From contig NZ_AP013043.1 in NCBI RefSeq assembly GCF_016592615.1, positions 390,001-422,000 of the forward strand: a stretch of DNA of 32,000 bases. Reading direction: 5' to 3'. The notes under the pieces are model-generated. The model saw only the letters and a program-made list of their open reading frames with translations. It had not been told where the DNA came from and did no database searches. A program made the translations under genes and the position numbers. Shown here in pieces: positions 19,047 through 28,053 of the stretch; position 1 is the stretch's first letter; every line of letters starts with the position of its first letter. This DNA comes from Isorropodon fossajaponicum endosymbiont JTNG4. GTDB lineage: Bacteria; Pseudomonadota; Gammaproteobacteria; PS1; Pseudothioglobaceae.

Positions 19047-20563
19047 TTCTTATCCTTTGCTTGTTGTACTCGCTGTATTGCCTCAGCAATTTTTTGTTTT
19101 TGAGACTGTTCTTTTGCCATTTTTTCTTTTAAGGCTTTTTTCTTATCTGCCATCATTCGAGCGCGCTCAAGCTTATTGCGCTCTAGACGATATTCTCTAA
19201 ACTCAAATCTTTCTCTAGCAATGTTAATTCTAACCTGCTCACGAGTTTGTTGCTTGTTAAGCGCCTTAGCAAAAGAAAAATAGTTTGCCAGTGGTATATG
19301 ACTCGGACATACATAATCACAACAAGCGCACTCAATACAATCAAGTAAATTATAATTTAAAGCTTTCTCAATATTCTCACTTTTAGCATGCCAATAAAGC
19401 TGCTGAGGAAGTAGTCCTACAGGGCAAACTTCTGAGCATTGGCCACAACGAATACACTCTTGAATAGCAGGCTTTTGTATATGATTGTTCACAAAAATAG
19501 CATTGGTAATCTTACAAATAGGGGTTTGGATATCAGCCACATCAACACCCATCATCATACCACCCATACGATAATCATGCACTTTTTGACTAGGACTAGC
19601 CATTGAAATAAGGCTTTCAAACGATGTACCCAAGCGCACCTCAAAATTATTAGGCTTAACACCACTGCCTGTAACCGTAACAATACGTGATACTAATGGC
19701 TTATGATTAACCACTGCATCAAATATTGCCTTAGTAGTGGCTACATTTTGGCAAGCAATACCCCTGTCCATAGCAAAACCTCCTGATGAAATTTCAATAC
19801 CAAGCAAAGCCTTAATGAGTAGTTTTTCAGCACCAGAGGTGTATTTAGTTGGGATTTGATTAATGCTAATTTTGTCATTATGATTAAACATTAATAATGC
19901 TTGATAAGCCGCTTGTTTATCATCCTCAATGGCAACAATCGCACGCTTTGCACCACAAATATGTAGCAAAATTTCTACACCACGAATAATTTCTCTTGGA
20001 TGAAGCTGCATCAAGGCATCATCACACATAACCCCTGGTTCGCACTCAGTACCATTAATAATTAAGGTATAGCATTGTTTAATTTTGCCAAGTTTGGCGT
20101 GCGTTGGAAACCCTGCACCACCCAAACCCACAATACCTGATTTTTGAATATAATCAATAATAGTCTGTGCCGAGCAATGCAAAAAATCAATACTGCAGCC
20201 TGAATTATCTATCCATTTGTCTTGGCCATCAGATTCAATCGTAATACACTGAGATTTAAGCCCTGATTTATGCGGTATCACTTGCTTATCAATACTTAAA
20301 ACCACACCAGAAACTGAGGCATGAATAAACACACCAAAACTGTCTTCAGTACTAGCAATTACCTGCCCAGTAAGCACATAATCGCCAACACTCACGCAGG
20401 GCTTAGCCTGCTCACCAATACGCTGCTGCAAAGGTATGATTACTTTTTTTGGTAATGGTGCTTGGATAATCTCCACCTTATCCACTGGATAAGGATTTCT
20501 AATCACAATACCACCATTAAATGAATAATCAGCCATGTTTAACCTTGGATATATCGGGTACAA
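19043..20563 (-). CDS. rnfC: Rnf/Rsx electron transport complex subunit C
   Basis: 506 aa with FNGGI near the N-terminus, [10 protein letters not shown], two CxxCxxCxxxCP ferredoxin motifs and a Lys/Glu-rich tail. An alternative start at Met-10 (ATG at 20536) would shorten the overlap with rnfB. Confidence 0.9.
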   Translation of the reverse strand: MYPIYPRLNMADYSFNGGIVIRNPYPVDKVEIIQAPLPKKVIIPLQQRIGEQAKPCVSVGDYVLTGQVIASTEDSFGVFIHASVSGVVLSIDKQVIPHKSGLKSQCITIESDGQDKWIDNSGCSIDFLHCSAQTIIDYIQKSGIVGLGGAGFPTHAKLGKIKQCYTLIINGTECEPGVMCDDALMQLHPREIIRGVEILLHICGAKRAIVAIEDDKQAAYQALLMFNHNDKISINQIPTKYTSGAEKLLIKALLGIEISSGGFAMDRGIACQNVATTKAIFDAVVNHKPLVSRIVTVTGSGVKPNNFEVRLGTSFESLISMASPSQKVHDYRMGGMMMGVDVADIQTPICKITNAIFVNNHIQKPAIQECIRCGQCSEVCPVGLLPQQLYWHAKSENIEKALNYNLLDCIECACCDYVCPSHIPLANYFSFAKALNKQQTREQVRINIARERFEFREYRLERNKLERARMMADKKKALKEKMAKEQSQKQKIAEAIQRVQQAKDKK

Positions 20564-21086
20564 ATGTGGTTAATGCAGGCTCAATTTCTTGCACATGAAT
20601 ACAATCAACAGGGCACACAGGAATGCACAAATCACACCCTGTGCATTCATCAATAATCACTTGGGTCATCACCTTAGAAGCACCCACAAATGCATCTACA
20701 GGACAGGCCTGAATGCACAAAGTACAGCCAATACAAATAGCCTCATCCACAAATACCACATGATTAGGCTTAAGTTCCCCGTGTCCGGCATTTAATGCCA
20801 AAGTCTCAACTCCTAAAAGCTCTGCCAAAGCATCAGCACCTTCTTGCCCGCCTGGTGGGCATTGATTAATTTGCGCCTCACCACTAGCAATTGCTAGTGC
20901 ATAAGGGCGACACCCAGGATAATCGCATTGACCACATTGAGTTTGCGGCAAAATGGCATCTATCTGGTCAACCAAAGGATTGCCCTTTAACTTAAATTTA
21001 ATCCCAGCATATCCTAGCACTAAACCCAATACTAGTGTCAAAGCAGAGAAAATTAAAACTGAATCAAACAACTCAGGCAAGTCCAA
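20529..21086 (-). CDS. rnfB: Rnf/Rsx electron transport complex subunit B
   Basis: 185 aa with an N-terminal anchor, the [18 protein letters not shown] cluster and two 4Fe-4S ferredoxin motifs. Confidence 0.9.
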   Translation of the reverse strand: MDLPELFDSVLIFSALTLVLGLVLGYAGIKFKLKGNPLVDQIDAILPQTQCGQCDYPGCRPYALAIASGEAQINQCPPGGQEGADALAELLGVETLALNAGHGELKPNHVVFVDEAICIGCTLCIQACPVDAFVGASKVMTQVIIDECTGCDLCIPVCPVDCIHVQEIEPALTTFVPDISKVKHG

Positions 21087-21648
21087 TAAAGCCCATAAAC
21101 GCCATCGACATCAATCCTGCTGTAATCAGCGCAACAGGCGCACCTTTAAAAGCTTCTGGCACATCTGCCACGTCAATCCGCTCACGCATAGCTGAAAACA
21201 ACACCAACACAAATGAAAATCCAATAGCAGCACCAAAGCCATAAACGCCCGATGCTAAAAACCCATTGTCCTGATTAACATTTAACAATGCCACACCTAG
21301 CACAGCGCAGTTAGTCGTAATCAAGGGCAAAAATACACCTAAAGACTGATGTAGAACAGGGGAAGTTTTATTAACCACCAACTCGGTAAAGCCAACCACA
21401 CCAGCAATGGTCACAATAAAAGCAATGGTTCTTAGATATTCCATTTCAAATGGAACTAAAATATAGGTGTTAATCAAATAACTAGAAATACTCGCCAAAG
21501 TCAGTACAAAAGTCGTGGCAAACCCCATACCAATTGCGGTGTCAATTTTTTTTGAAACGCCCATAAACGGGCACAACCCTAAGAACTTAACTAAGACAAA
21601 ATTATTGACTAAAATTGTACTCACTAAGATTAAGATATATTCATTCAT
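21073..21648 (-). CDS. rnfA: Rnf/Rsx electron transport complex subunit A
   Basis: 191-aa six-helix membrane protein in the typical RnfA/NqrE pattern ([19 protein letters not shown]). It contains an in-frame 8-nt homopolymer at 21546..21553. Confidence 0.95.
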   Translation of the reverse strand: MNEYILILVSTILVNNFVLVKFLGLCPFMGVSKKIDTAIGMGFATTFVLTLASISSYLINTYILVPFEMEYLRTIAFIVTIAGVVGFTELVVNKTSPVLHQSLGVFLPLITTNCAVLGVALLNVNQDNGFLASGVYGFGAAIGFSFVLVLFSAMRERIDVADVPEAFKGAPVALITAGLMSMAFMGFIGLA

Positions 21649-21779
21649 AATGATGATTTTAACCTAATTTTAATTGGTGTTTAATGCATAGCAAACCCCT
21701 GACATTAGCTCATCAACCTGGCAGTTAAATATCGTGCGCTCAAAGTCTTGAGGAGAGAGGTTTGTTTTAACCCTTCAAA

Positions 21780-22266
21780 GACCCTGTAAACCAGATTGTG
21801 TAAACCCTCATATTTTATAATCCCCGAAAAGGAGAAAAAACATGAGTAACACAATACCAAGAAACAAAAAAAAAGCAACTTAACAACACAGGCATCAACC
21901 AGAAAAAGCTCCGTGCTTTTGCTGATGAACTTGCCAAAGACATCCACACCCAAGATGATTTAGCAGATCTATCTGCTTCACTGGTTAAAATGACCATTGA
22001 AGCAGCATTAGGTGCTGAGATGGAACATCATCTTGGTTATCCAAAATATGGGCAAAATAGCAGCGAGCTTAATACAGACAGCAATGCTCGTAATGGCTAT
22101 TACCCTAAAACCGTCAAAGGCAATCATGGTGAAGTTGAACTTGCTATCCCAAGAGACCGCAGAGGTAGCTTTGAACCTTTAATTATTGAAAAAGGTCAAA
22201 CGCCGATTGGGTGCTTTTGATAGTCAGATATTAAGCCTATATGCCAAAGGCATAGGTACCCGTGAT
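21780..22266 (+). mobile_element. IS256-family (Mutator-type) transposase gene, 5' fragment only; left boundary approximate
   Basis: AGGAG precedes ATG 21842 (MSNTIPRNKKK). An A9 run at 21866..21874 shifts the frame into ...GINQKKLRAFADELAKDIHTQDDLADLSASLVKMTIEAALGAEMEHHLGY...NARNGYYPKTVKG..ELAIPRDRRGSFEPLIIEKGQT. A second shift near 22205 leads into RLGAFDSQILSLYAKGIGTRD. This is the conserved N-terminal third of IS256-type transposases. GATTGTGTAAA near 21794 resembles the IS256 end sequence. The fragment is cut at 22266 by the IS3-family insertion. Confidence 0.7.
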
Positions 22267-22293
22267 TGCAATAGTCTAATTTTATTGGACACA
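22267..22293. repeat. IS3-family left inverted repeat
   Basis: TGCAATAGTCTAATTTTATTGGACACA compared with the reverse complement of 23541..23567, TGCAATGCTCTAACCTACTTGGACACA. Confidence 0.75.
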
Positions 22294-22331
22294 AAGATAG
22301 CCTTATAATACAAACCATAAGGAGGTCAGTA

Positions 22332-22684
22332 ATGACACAATATAAATCAAGAAAACAACGAGTGACTTTTACCGTTGAACATTCTGTTCAATACCCCCTT
22401 GAGGGGGGGAACACTAGATTATGCCAAACTCATGGTGCATGAGAATTACACCAATAAAAAAAATCATGATAATATCAGGAGCTTGCTCCTCAGCAGTTAG
22501 CAGATGGAGAAAACAATACCTAGCAGAGCTTGGTGGACAAACACCAGAGTCAGGCAAAGCGCTGACTTCTGAACAACAAACAATACAACTGCTTGAGAAA
22601 CAACTTTGGCGCGCACAAAGGGACAATGAAATCTTAAAAAAGGCAACAGCCTTGTTCGCTGTGGACAATCACCAAGTGATATGA
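22332..22684 (+). pseudogene. IS3-family orfA (HTH / leucine-zipper protein), frameshifted
   Basis: AAGGAGG precedes ATG 22332 (MTQYKSRKQRVTFTVEHSVQYPLEGGNT...), which stops at 22438..22440. Typical OrfA sequence (SSAVSRWRKQYLAELGG...LTSEQQTIQLLEKQLWRAQRDNEILKKATALFA) resumes in the frame of ORF 22421..22684. Getting between the two needs at least two shifts, around the C5/G7 palindrome (22394..22409) and an A8 run. Confidence 0.7.
22636..22642 (+). promoter_or_regulatory. A_AAA_AAG programmed -1 ribosomal frameshift heptamer (orfA to orfB)
   Basis: In orfA phase the sequence reads tta aaa aag. A -1 slip reads through ...KKGNSLVRCGQSPSDMIIKINK into the orfB frame. This heptamer is the classical IS3-family signal. 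Confidence 0.65.
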
Positions 22685-23538
22685 TTATCAAGATAAACAA
22701 GGCTTGCCAACAATACAATACTAAAGAATTATGAGCATTACTCAAACTTCCTCGCAGTAGTTATTACTATCAAGTCAAAGATAAGCGAGTAAACAACAAC
22801 ACCAATGCTATGATTAAATTAATCAAACAAACTGCTATTGAAGTTGGATACACCTATGGCAAACGCAGAATGCGGGTAGTTTTGAATAACCAAGGTTATA
22901 ACATTGGTATTTACCAAACCGCAACGCTAATGAAAAAAGCCAATGTAGTTGCCATACGCCCAAGAAAGCGTCATTATTACCCTAATACTAGATTGATGTT
23001 TAAAAAGGCAAAAAACCTATTAAATCGTGTGTTTGAGCAGCAATCAATTAATACGCATTGGGTTGGTGATATTACCTATATCAAAACCTATCAAGGTGGG
23101 AGTTATTTAGCCAGTGTGTTGGATTTAGGCTCAAGACAAGTTGTTGGTTGGGCATTGTCAAAACAGCCTAATGCTCAGTTGGCAAAGGATGCGCTTAGTA
23201 ATGCTGTGTCTAGACACCAGCCCAATACAAATAAACACATGTTCCACTCTGATCAAGGGACTCAATACTCTTCTAAAGTTTTTATTGATTATTGCAACAA
23301 GAACAACATTACTCAAAGCATGAGCAGGCGAGGTAATTGTTGGGATAATGCGGTCATGGAGCGTTTCTTTAGAAGTCTGAAGACTGAGAGATTAAATTAT
23401 CAAAGTTTTGCAAATCATAGTGAAGTCGTGCAAAATGTAGAGGGTTATATCTACTTGTATAATTACAAAAGGATTCATTCAGCGATTGGGTATTTAACAC
23501 CTGCTCAAAAGATGGCTGAATTGAAAAAAGCGGCTTGA
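22681..23538 (+). pseudogene. IS3-family orfB (DDE transposase, rve domain) with a premature in-frame TGA
   Basis: ATG 22681 overlaps the orfA stop (ATGA). The reading MIIKINKACQQYNTKEL-TGA(22732..22734)-ALLKLPRSSYYYQ... places the TGA where IS3 OrfB proteins usually have Cys (..LC..L.VSRS.YY). The rest of the frame (track ORF 22810..23538) is intact. Confidence 0.75.
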
Positions 23539-23540
23539 AA

Positions 23541-23567
23541 TGTGTCCAAGTAGGTTAGAGCATTGCA
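23541..23567. repeat. IS3-family right inverted repeat
   Basis: Partner of 22267..22293. It starts 3 nt after the orfB stop. Confidence 0.75.
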
Positions 23568-23856
23568 GTTTGAATACATTAGCCAAGCATTAAGAGACTG
23601 GGTACAAGCCTTAGGTATTGAGTTAATGTACATCCAACCAGGTAAGCCAACTCAAAATGCCTACATTGAGAGATTTAACCGTACAGTAAGACAAGAGTGT
23701 TTAGATCTGCATTTGTTTGATTCTGTTGAGCAAGCACAAGATGCAACCACACAGTGGTTATGGGTTTATAATAACGAACGACCGCACTTTGCCCTAGGTG
23801 GCGTGATAAGATGACTAGCCTCTACTTTAGAGTTGTATGGAAAATTGGGGTATTAC
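23568..23856 (+). mobile_element. 3' fragment of a second IS3-family element (C-terminal rve domain only); right boundary tentative
   Basis: It begins immediately after the IS3 right repeat. The sequence FEYISQALRDWVQALGIELMYIQPGKPTQNAYIERFNRTVRQECLDLHLFDSVEQAQDATTQWLWVYNNERPHFALGG has its stop at 23812..23814. This is the conserved tail of IS3-family (IS407/IS2-like) OrfB. A possible ...CA terminus lies at 23856. Confidence 0.65.
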
Positions 23857-23859
23857 AGC

Positions 23860-24105
23860 AATGCAAGAAGTTAAATTGATGATAGATGGTAAAACTCCAT
23901 CAAGACCTGCTAGAGGTTTATTAGATGAAATTTGATATTGAAATAACCGATAAATTTTCAAAATCATTTAAGAAGCTTGCCAAAAAATACAAAAAACATT
24001 AGACAAAATTATAAATACCTGATTGAAATTTTAGAATCTGCCGGATTACTGAAGCAAGGAAGCAAAAATATGGATGCTAAATTAAAAGAGATAATAAAAT
24101 TATGA
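23860..24105 (+). pseudogene. remnant of a type II toxin-antitoxin pair (antitoxin tail plus RelE/ParE-like toxin N-terminus)
   Basis: A 24-codon ORF (23860..23934, ...GKTPSRPARGLLDEI*) overlaps by 11 nt an ORF starting MKFDIEITDKFSKSFKKLAKKYKKH*. The second ORF continues in other frames as LDKIIN / YLIEILESAGLLKQGSK. The F.K.FKKL.KK...L.KI pattern is RelE/ParE-like. It is broken by at least two shifts and truncated. Confidence 0.4.
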
Positions 24106-24935
24106 AAAAATTTAATAAAAATGATTTTATAGAAGAGTTATTCAACTCTAAAATGAATGATAAAACATTTGATAAATGGATGGATAACCCAGAAAACTTT
24201 AATGACAAAGGGGAAAATAATACTAGAGAAAGAGGGCATGGGAAATATTGAGACAAAATAAGAAATTTATTTAATCAAGTTCATAATGGAGCAAGATTAT
24301 TTCAGGCAGAAGAGGTAAGGAGAATAGATGATGAATTTTTGAGAGACATTACACATGATAGTTATTTTAGTAGACTGTCAAAGGCATCAATGAGTAATGA
24401 GATTTTTAAAAGTATAGAAGAAAGTAATAATAAAGATGCAGTTTTTGATTTATCGAAAGCAAATAATAATTTATTTATTCTTAATAATATCAGAAATGAT
24501 ATAAATAAAATTCACGAAAATAAGCAAACAAAAAACAAAATATATTTGCATGGGTTAAGTGGTTTGGTGAATTAGTAACAATCATTAGTAGTGAAAATCA
24601 AAATACACTACTTTTGAAAAATAACGATGTTGAATATCAAGTTAAACATACTGATTTTTTAATTGACGACATAATTATTGATAGTAAATACAAGACAAAA
24701 TACAAAAATACACATGTTAACGATGATATTGCACGGCTTGCTAGATATGGCAGAAATAAAGCCATTCGTGAAGGTGTTAAACTTAGATGAAAAAATTGCA
24801 AAATGTTTAATTATCTATCCTAATAGAATAGGTGAAGAGCTTTTAGATAGAGATTTATGGCAACAAGCAGAGGAAATAAAGGCATTTAAAGCGTTTAAAA
24901 AAATTGCCATCAAACTCCCATCTTTTGATGCATAA
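24102..24935 (+). pseudogene. PD-(D/E)xK nuclease-like (McrC / restriction-endonuclease-like) gene remnant
   Basis: Very AT-rich. Frame 0 from ATG 24102 has an in-frame TGA at 24249..24251 and stops at 24573..24575. After an A6 run (24530..24535), another frame reads QNIFAWVKWFGELVTIISSENQNTLLLKNNDVEYQVKHTDFLIDDIIIDSKYKTKYKNTHVNDDIARLARYGRNKAIREGVKL. That stretch gives a D...D-x-K nuclease signature. A third frame gives DEKIAKCLIIYPNRIGEELLDRD...FDA*. The family call is tentative. Confidence 0.4.
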
Positions 24936-25884
24936 ACTCTCAGTAGCGCCAATGATGGATTGGACGGATAGGCATTGCCGATATTTTTATCGGCTGATGT
25001 CAAACAATGTTCAACTTTGGACTGAAATGGTAACAGCTAAAGCGATACTTTATGGGGATAAAAACCGTCTGTTGGGTTTTAATGCGTGTGAACATCCGTT
25101 GGTGTTGCAATTGGGTGGTAGTGAGCCAAAAGAGATGCTACAAGCAGCAAAAATAGCGCAAGATTGGGGTTATGATGAGGTTAATATTAATGTGGGCTGT
25201 CCTTCTGATAGAGTGCAATCAGGCAGTTTTGGGGCGTGTTTGATGCAAACGCCGCAGGTGGTGGCGCAATGTGTTGATGCAATGAGGCAAGTGGTAGATG
25301 TGCCAATTACGGTTAAGTCACGTATTGGTGTGGATGATATGGATAGCTACGGTGAATTGGTTAATTTTGTTGCAACAGTTGAAAGTTCGGGTTGTGATAA
25401 TTTTGTGATTCATGCCAGAAAGGCTTGGCTAAAAGGTTTGAGTCCTAAGGAAAATCGTAGCGTGCCAAAGCTTAATTACGGCTGGGTGTATCAGATTAAG
25501 CGAGACTTCCCCCATCTTGTCATTGGTATAAATGGTGGCATTATGGACATGGAAAGTTCATTGCAGCATTTAGAATATGTGGATAGCGTTATGTTGGGCA
25601 GGGCAGTGTATCATCAGCCTTATTTGTTAAGTGAGGTGGATGGTTTGATTTACCAGCAAAAATCATCAATATTGAGTCGTGAACAAGTATTATTAGCATT
25701 CATTGAATATATGAAAGTTCAACATGCTAATTCTGTACCAATTAGATCCATGACACGGAATATTTTGGGTTTGTATCATGGGCAAAAAAATGCTAAAAAA
25801 TTTAAACGTTTGTTAAGTGGTAAAACAGTTGGGTTTGAGCACCTGTATGAATGGTTAGAATATATGGATAAAAACAATGGCTAG
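24928..25884 (+). CDS. dusA: tRNA-dihydrouridine(20/20a) synthase
   Basis: I place the start at ATG 24928 (MHKLSVAPMMDWTDRHCRYFYR, the conserved DusA N-terminus). The TIM-barrel Dus motifs NINVGCP and VKSRIG are present. The track start TTG 24904 adds 8 unrelated residues. Confidence 0.9.
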   Translation: MHKLSVAPMMDWTDRHCRYFYRLMSNNVQLWTEMVTAKAILYGDKNRLLGFNACEHPLVLQLGGSEPKEMLQAAKIAQDWGYDEVNINVGCPSDRVQSGSFGACLMQTPQVVAQCVDAMRQVVDVPITVKSRIGVDDMDSYGELVNFVATVESSGCDNFVIHARKAWLKGLSPKENRSVPKLNYGWVYQIKRDFPHLVIGINGGIMDMESSLQHLEYVDSVMLGRAVYHQPYLLSEVDGLIYQQKSSILSREQVLLAFIEYMKVQHANSVPIRSMTRNILGLYHGQKNAKKFKRLLSGKTVGFEHLYEWLEYMDKNNG

Positions 25885-27094
25885 TGATAATTTCTTTGCA
25901 AGTATTGATATAGGCACAAGCAAAATTGCGGTGTTAATTGCTGATGAGGAAGATGGCAAAATAGAGGTATTTGGTCATGGCATTGGTTTGTCAGACGGGG
26001 TGAAAAATGCGCTGATTGTTGATATTGATAAAGTGGCAAAAGCAATATCAAAGGTGGTAGAAACTGCTTATCTTAGTTGTAATACTAGAATCCATAATGT
26101 ATCCACCAATATTTGCGATTTGCATCTAAGTACGATTAATCAAGATAGGCAAATACCGGTTAGCGGTAAAAAAATCACCAAAGAGCATGTTATTGCGGCA
26201 ATTAATTCGGCATCAGCCACACCTACGCCTGCTAATAAGCAAACGCTAAGTGCGAGTATTAATAGCTTTACCATTGACCAAGATACAACAGCAGTTGACC
26301 AACCAATTGGACTTGAGGCAACTCTTTTAGGTGCTCAAGTACATGTGAGCATTGTTTCAAACCAAGCCATGAGTAGCATCCATCAAGCGGTTGAAAAAAG
26401 TGGACTAGGGCTTAGTGAAGTTGTTTTGGATTCTATAGCCAGTAGCAGGGCTTGCATTACTCAGGATGAGAAAGACAATGGTGTTTGCTTGCTTGATATG
26501 GGGGCGGGTGTGAGTAATATTTCTGTGTTTATGGGTGGCGGTATTACTTATAGTCATGTTTTTAAAATGGGTGGTAATCAAATTACCCAAAATATTGCCA
26601 ATGCCTTTAGCGCCTCATTTAAAGAAGCGGAAAGACTCAAAATTGAATATGGTTATGCCCAATTAAAGATAACACCAGTGGATAAATTAATTCAGTTTAA
26701 ACAGCTGGATTCTATTGAAAATCGCTATTTATCATTACACAATTTGGTTGAAGTTATAGAAAATTCTTATTTAGATATTTGCCGTATGGTTAAGCAAAAT
26801 CTAAAAACTAAAAAGTTAGATAGATCGCTTAAATCAGGATTTGTGTTAACAGGTGGTGTGTCCTTAATAGAGGGTTGTGAAGGGTTGTTTGTTAATACTT
26901 TTAGAATAAGAACCAAGCTGGCTAAAGTTAATGTGAATAAAATCACAGGTAAAGATATGATTGTTTCTAACCCTATTTATACATGCGCATTAGGTTTATT
27001 GATGCATGCTGATAATAACGCTTATTTAGAAACGGTGCAAGCGCACCAACAAACTAACTTTGTGAGTAAAATAAAATCATTATTGGAACTATAA
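25877..27094 (+). CDS. ftsA: cell division protein FtsA (actin-like ATPase)
   Basis: 405 aa. It has phosphate-1 DIGTSK, a phosphate-2-like [14 protein letters not shown] and the adenosine motif [10 protein letters not shown]. The C-terminus has an amphipathic helix, [11 protein letters not shown]. The ATG overlaps the dusA stop by 8 nt. Confidence 0.9.
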   Translation: MASDNFFASIDIGTSKIAVLIADEEDGKIEVFGHGIGLSDGVKNALIVDIDKVAKAISKVVETAYLSCNTRIHNVSTNICDLHLSTINQDRQIPVSGKKITKEHVIAAINSASATPTPANKQTLSASINSFTIDQDTTAVDQPIGLEATLLGAQVHVSIVSNQAMSSIHQAVEKSGLGLSEVVLDSIASSRACITQDEKDNGVCLLDMGAGVSNISVFMGGGITYSHVFKMGGNQITQNIANAFSASFKEAERLKIEYGYAQLKITPVDKLIQFKQLDSIENRYLSLHNLVEVIENSYLDICRMVKQNLKTKKLDRSLKSGFVLTGGVSLIEGCEGLFVNTFRIRTKLAKVNVNKITGKDMIVSNPIYTCALGLLMHADNNAYLETVQAHQQTNFVSKIKSLLEL

Positions 27095-27099
27095 ATATT

Positions 27100-28011
27100 A
27101 TGATCAAACAAAGAACCATTAAAAAAGAAGTGAAAGCTAGAGGTGTTGGTATTCATAGTGGCAGTGTTGTAAATATGACTTTAATTCCTGCCAAAGAAGA
27201 TCATGGCGTGGTGTTTAGGCGCATGGATGTGGGTGGTAAATTGGTGCGTGCGCACAGTGCGTTTGTTAACGAAGTAGTACTTTCTACGGGGCTTGAAAAT
27301 CAAGGCGTTAAAGTGTCAACGGTTGAACATTTGATGAGCACATTTTCAGCCCTTGGGATTGATAATGTTTTAGTAGAACTTGATTCGTTTGAAGTGCCAA
27401 TCATGGATGGCTCATCTGCTCCTTTTATTTTTCTAGTTCAATCTGCTGGCATTAAAGAGCAAGATGCCCATAAAAAGTTTTTTGTCATTAAAAATACTAT
27501 ACGGGTAGAAAATGGTGATTCATGGGCACAAGTGTCTAAATATGAGGGTTTTAAGGTGTCACTTGAGATTGATTTTGATCATAAAAAAGTTAAAGAAAGT
27601 GGGCAGAAGCTGAGTATTAATTTTTCCAAACAGTGTTACTTAAAAGAAATCTCACGTGCTAGAACTTTTGGTTATATGAAAGATGTAGAAATGATGCAAA
27701 GGCAAAATTTGGCACTAGGTGCCAGTATGGACAATGCAATTGCTTTGAGTGATGATGACGTTTTAAATGAAGATGGCATGCGTTATCAAAATGAATTTGT
27801 TAAGCATAAAATTTTGGATATTGTTGGTGACTTGTATTTATTAGGTGGCAATCTAATTGGGCACTATGAAGGGTACAAAACAGGACACCTGCTTAATAAT
27901 CAATTATTATCAGCCATTTTAGCAAAACCAGATACATGGTCTATTGAGACATTCGAAAAAGAAGCCACACCTATTCAATTTTATTCTGAAGATTGGAAAA
28001 ATTTCTTGTAA
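27100..28011 (+). CDS. lpxC: UDP-3-O-acyl-N-acetylglucosamine deacetylase
   Basis: 303 aa beginning [21 protein letters not shown]. It carries the TVEHLMSA-type motif (TVEHLMSTF) and [19 protein letters not shown]. Confidence 0.95.
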   Translation: MIKQRTIKKEVKARGVGIHSGSVVNMTLIPAKEDHGVVFRRMDVGGKLVRAHSAFVNEVVLSTGLENQGVKVSTVEHLMSTFSALGIDNVLVELDSFEVPIMDGSSAPFIFLVQSAGIKEQDAHKKFFVIKNTIRVENGDSWAQVSKYEGFKVSLEIDFDHKKVKESGQKLSINFSKQCYLKEISRARTFGYMKDVEMMQRQNLALGASMDNAIALSDDDVLNEDGMRYQNEFVKHKILDIVGDLYLLGGNLIGHYEGYKTGHLLNNQLLSAILAKPDTWSIETFEKEATPIQFYSEDWKNFL

Positions 28012-28053
28012 TAGAAGGTATAATTAACGGGTTTTACGCTCACACTGAAAATA

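Larger units (their letters stand above)
22267..23567 (+). mobile_element. IS3-family insertion sequence, 1301 bp, ends intact but transposase genes mutated
   Basis: The termini are 5'-TG...CA-3'. The imperfect inverted repeats match at 21 of 27 positions. It has the orfA/orfB organisation with an A_AAA_AAG slippery site. orfB carries the DDE/rve motifs WVGDITYI, HSDQGTQYSS and NCWDNAVMERFFRSLKTE. I could see no flanking direct repeat. Confidence 0.85.

Noticed and set aside
20536-20563. Whether rnfC starts at ATG 20563 or at Met-10 (ATG 20536).
   Set aside because: It cannot be decided from sequence. Both preserve the FNGGI N-terminal motif. I kept the longer ORF and noted the alternative.
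21649-21780. I looked for a duplicated dusA 5' segment (an att repeat) or a transposon end in the 130 bp between rnfA and the IS256 fragment.
   Set aside because: Only a 7-8-nt chance-level match (ATGCATA) to the dusA start was found by eye. No open frame or structured element could be defended. A proper alignment is needed.
22394-22409. A C5-TTGA-G7 palindrome inside IS3 orfA, considered as a regulatory hairpin or a G-quadruplex-like element.
   Set aside because: It coincides with one of the orfA frame disruptions. It is more simply a mutational scar or indel hotspot in a dead transposase gene, and no second copy or flanking signal was seen.
24904-24927. TTG start for dusA given by the ORF track.
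   Set aside because: The conserved DusA N-terminus starts at ATG 24928. The extension lies within the tail of the upstream nuclease remnant.
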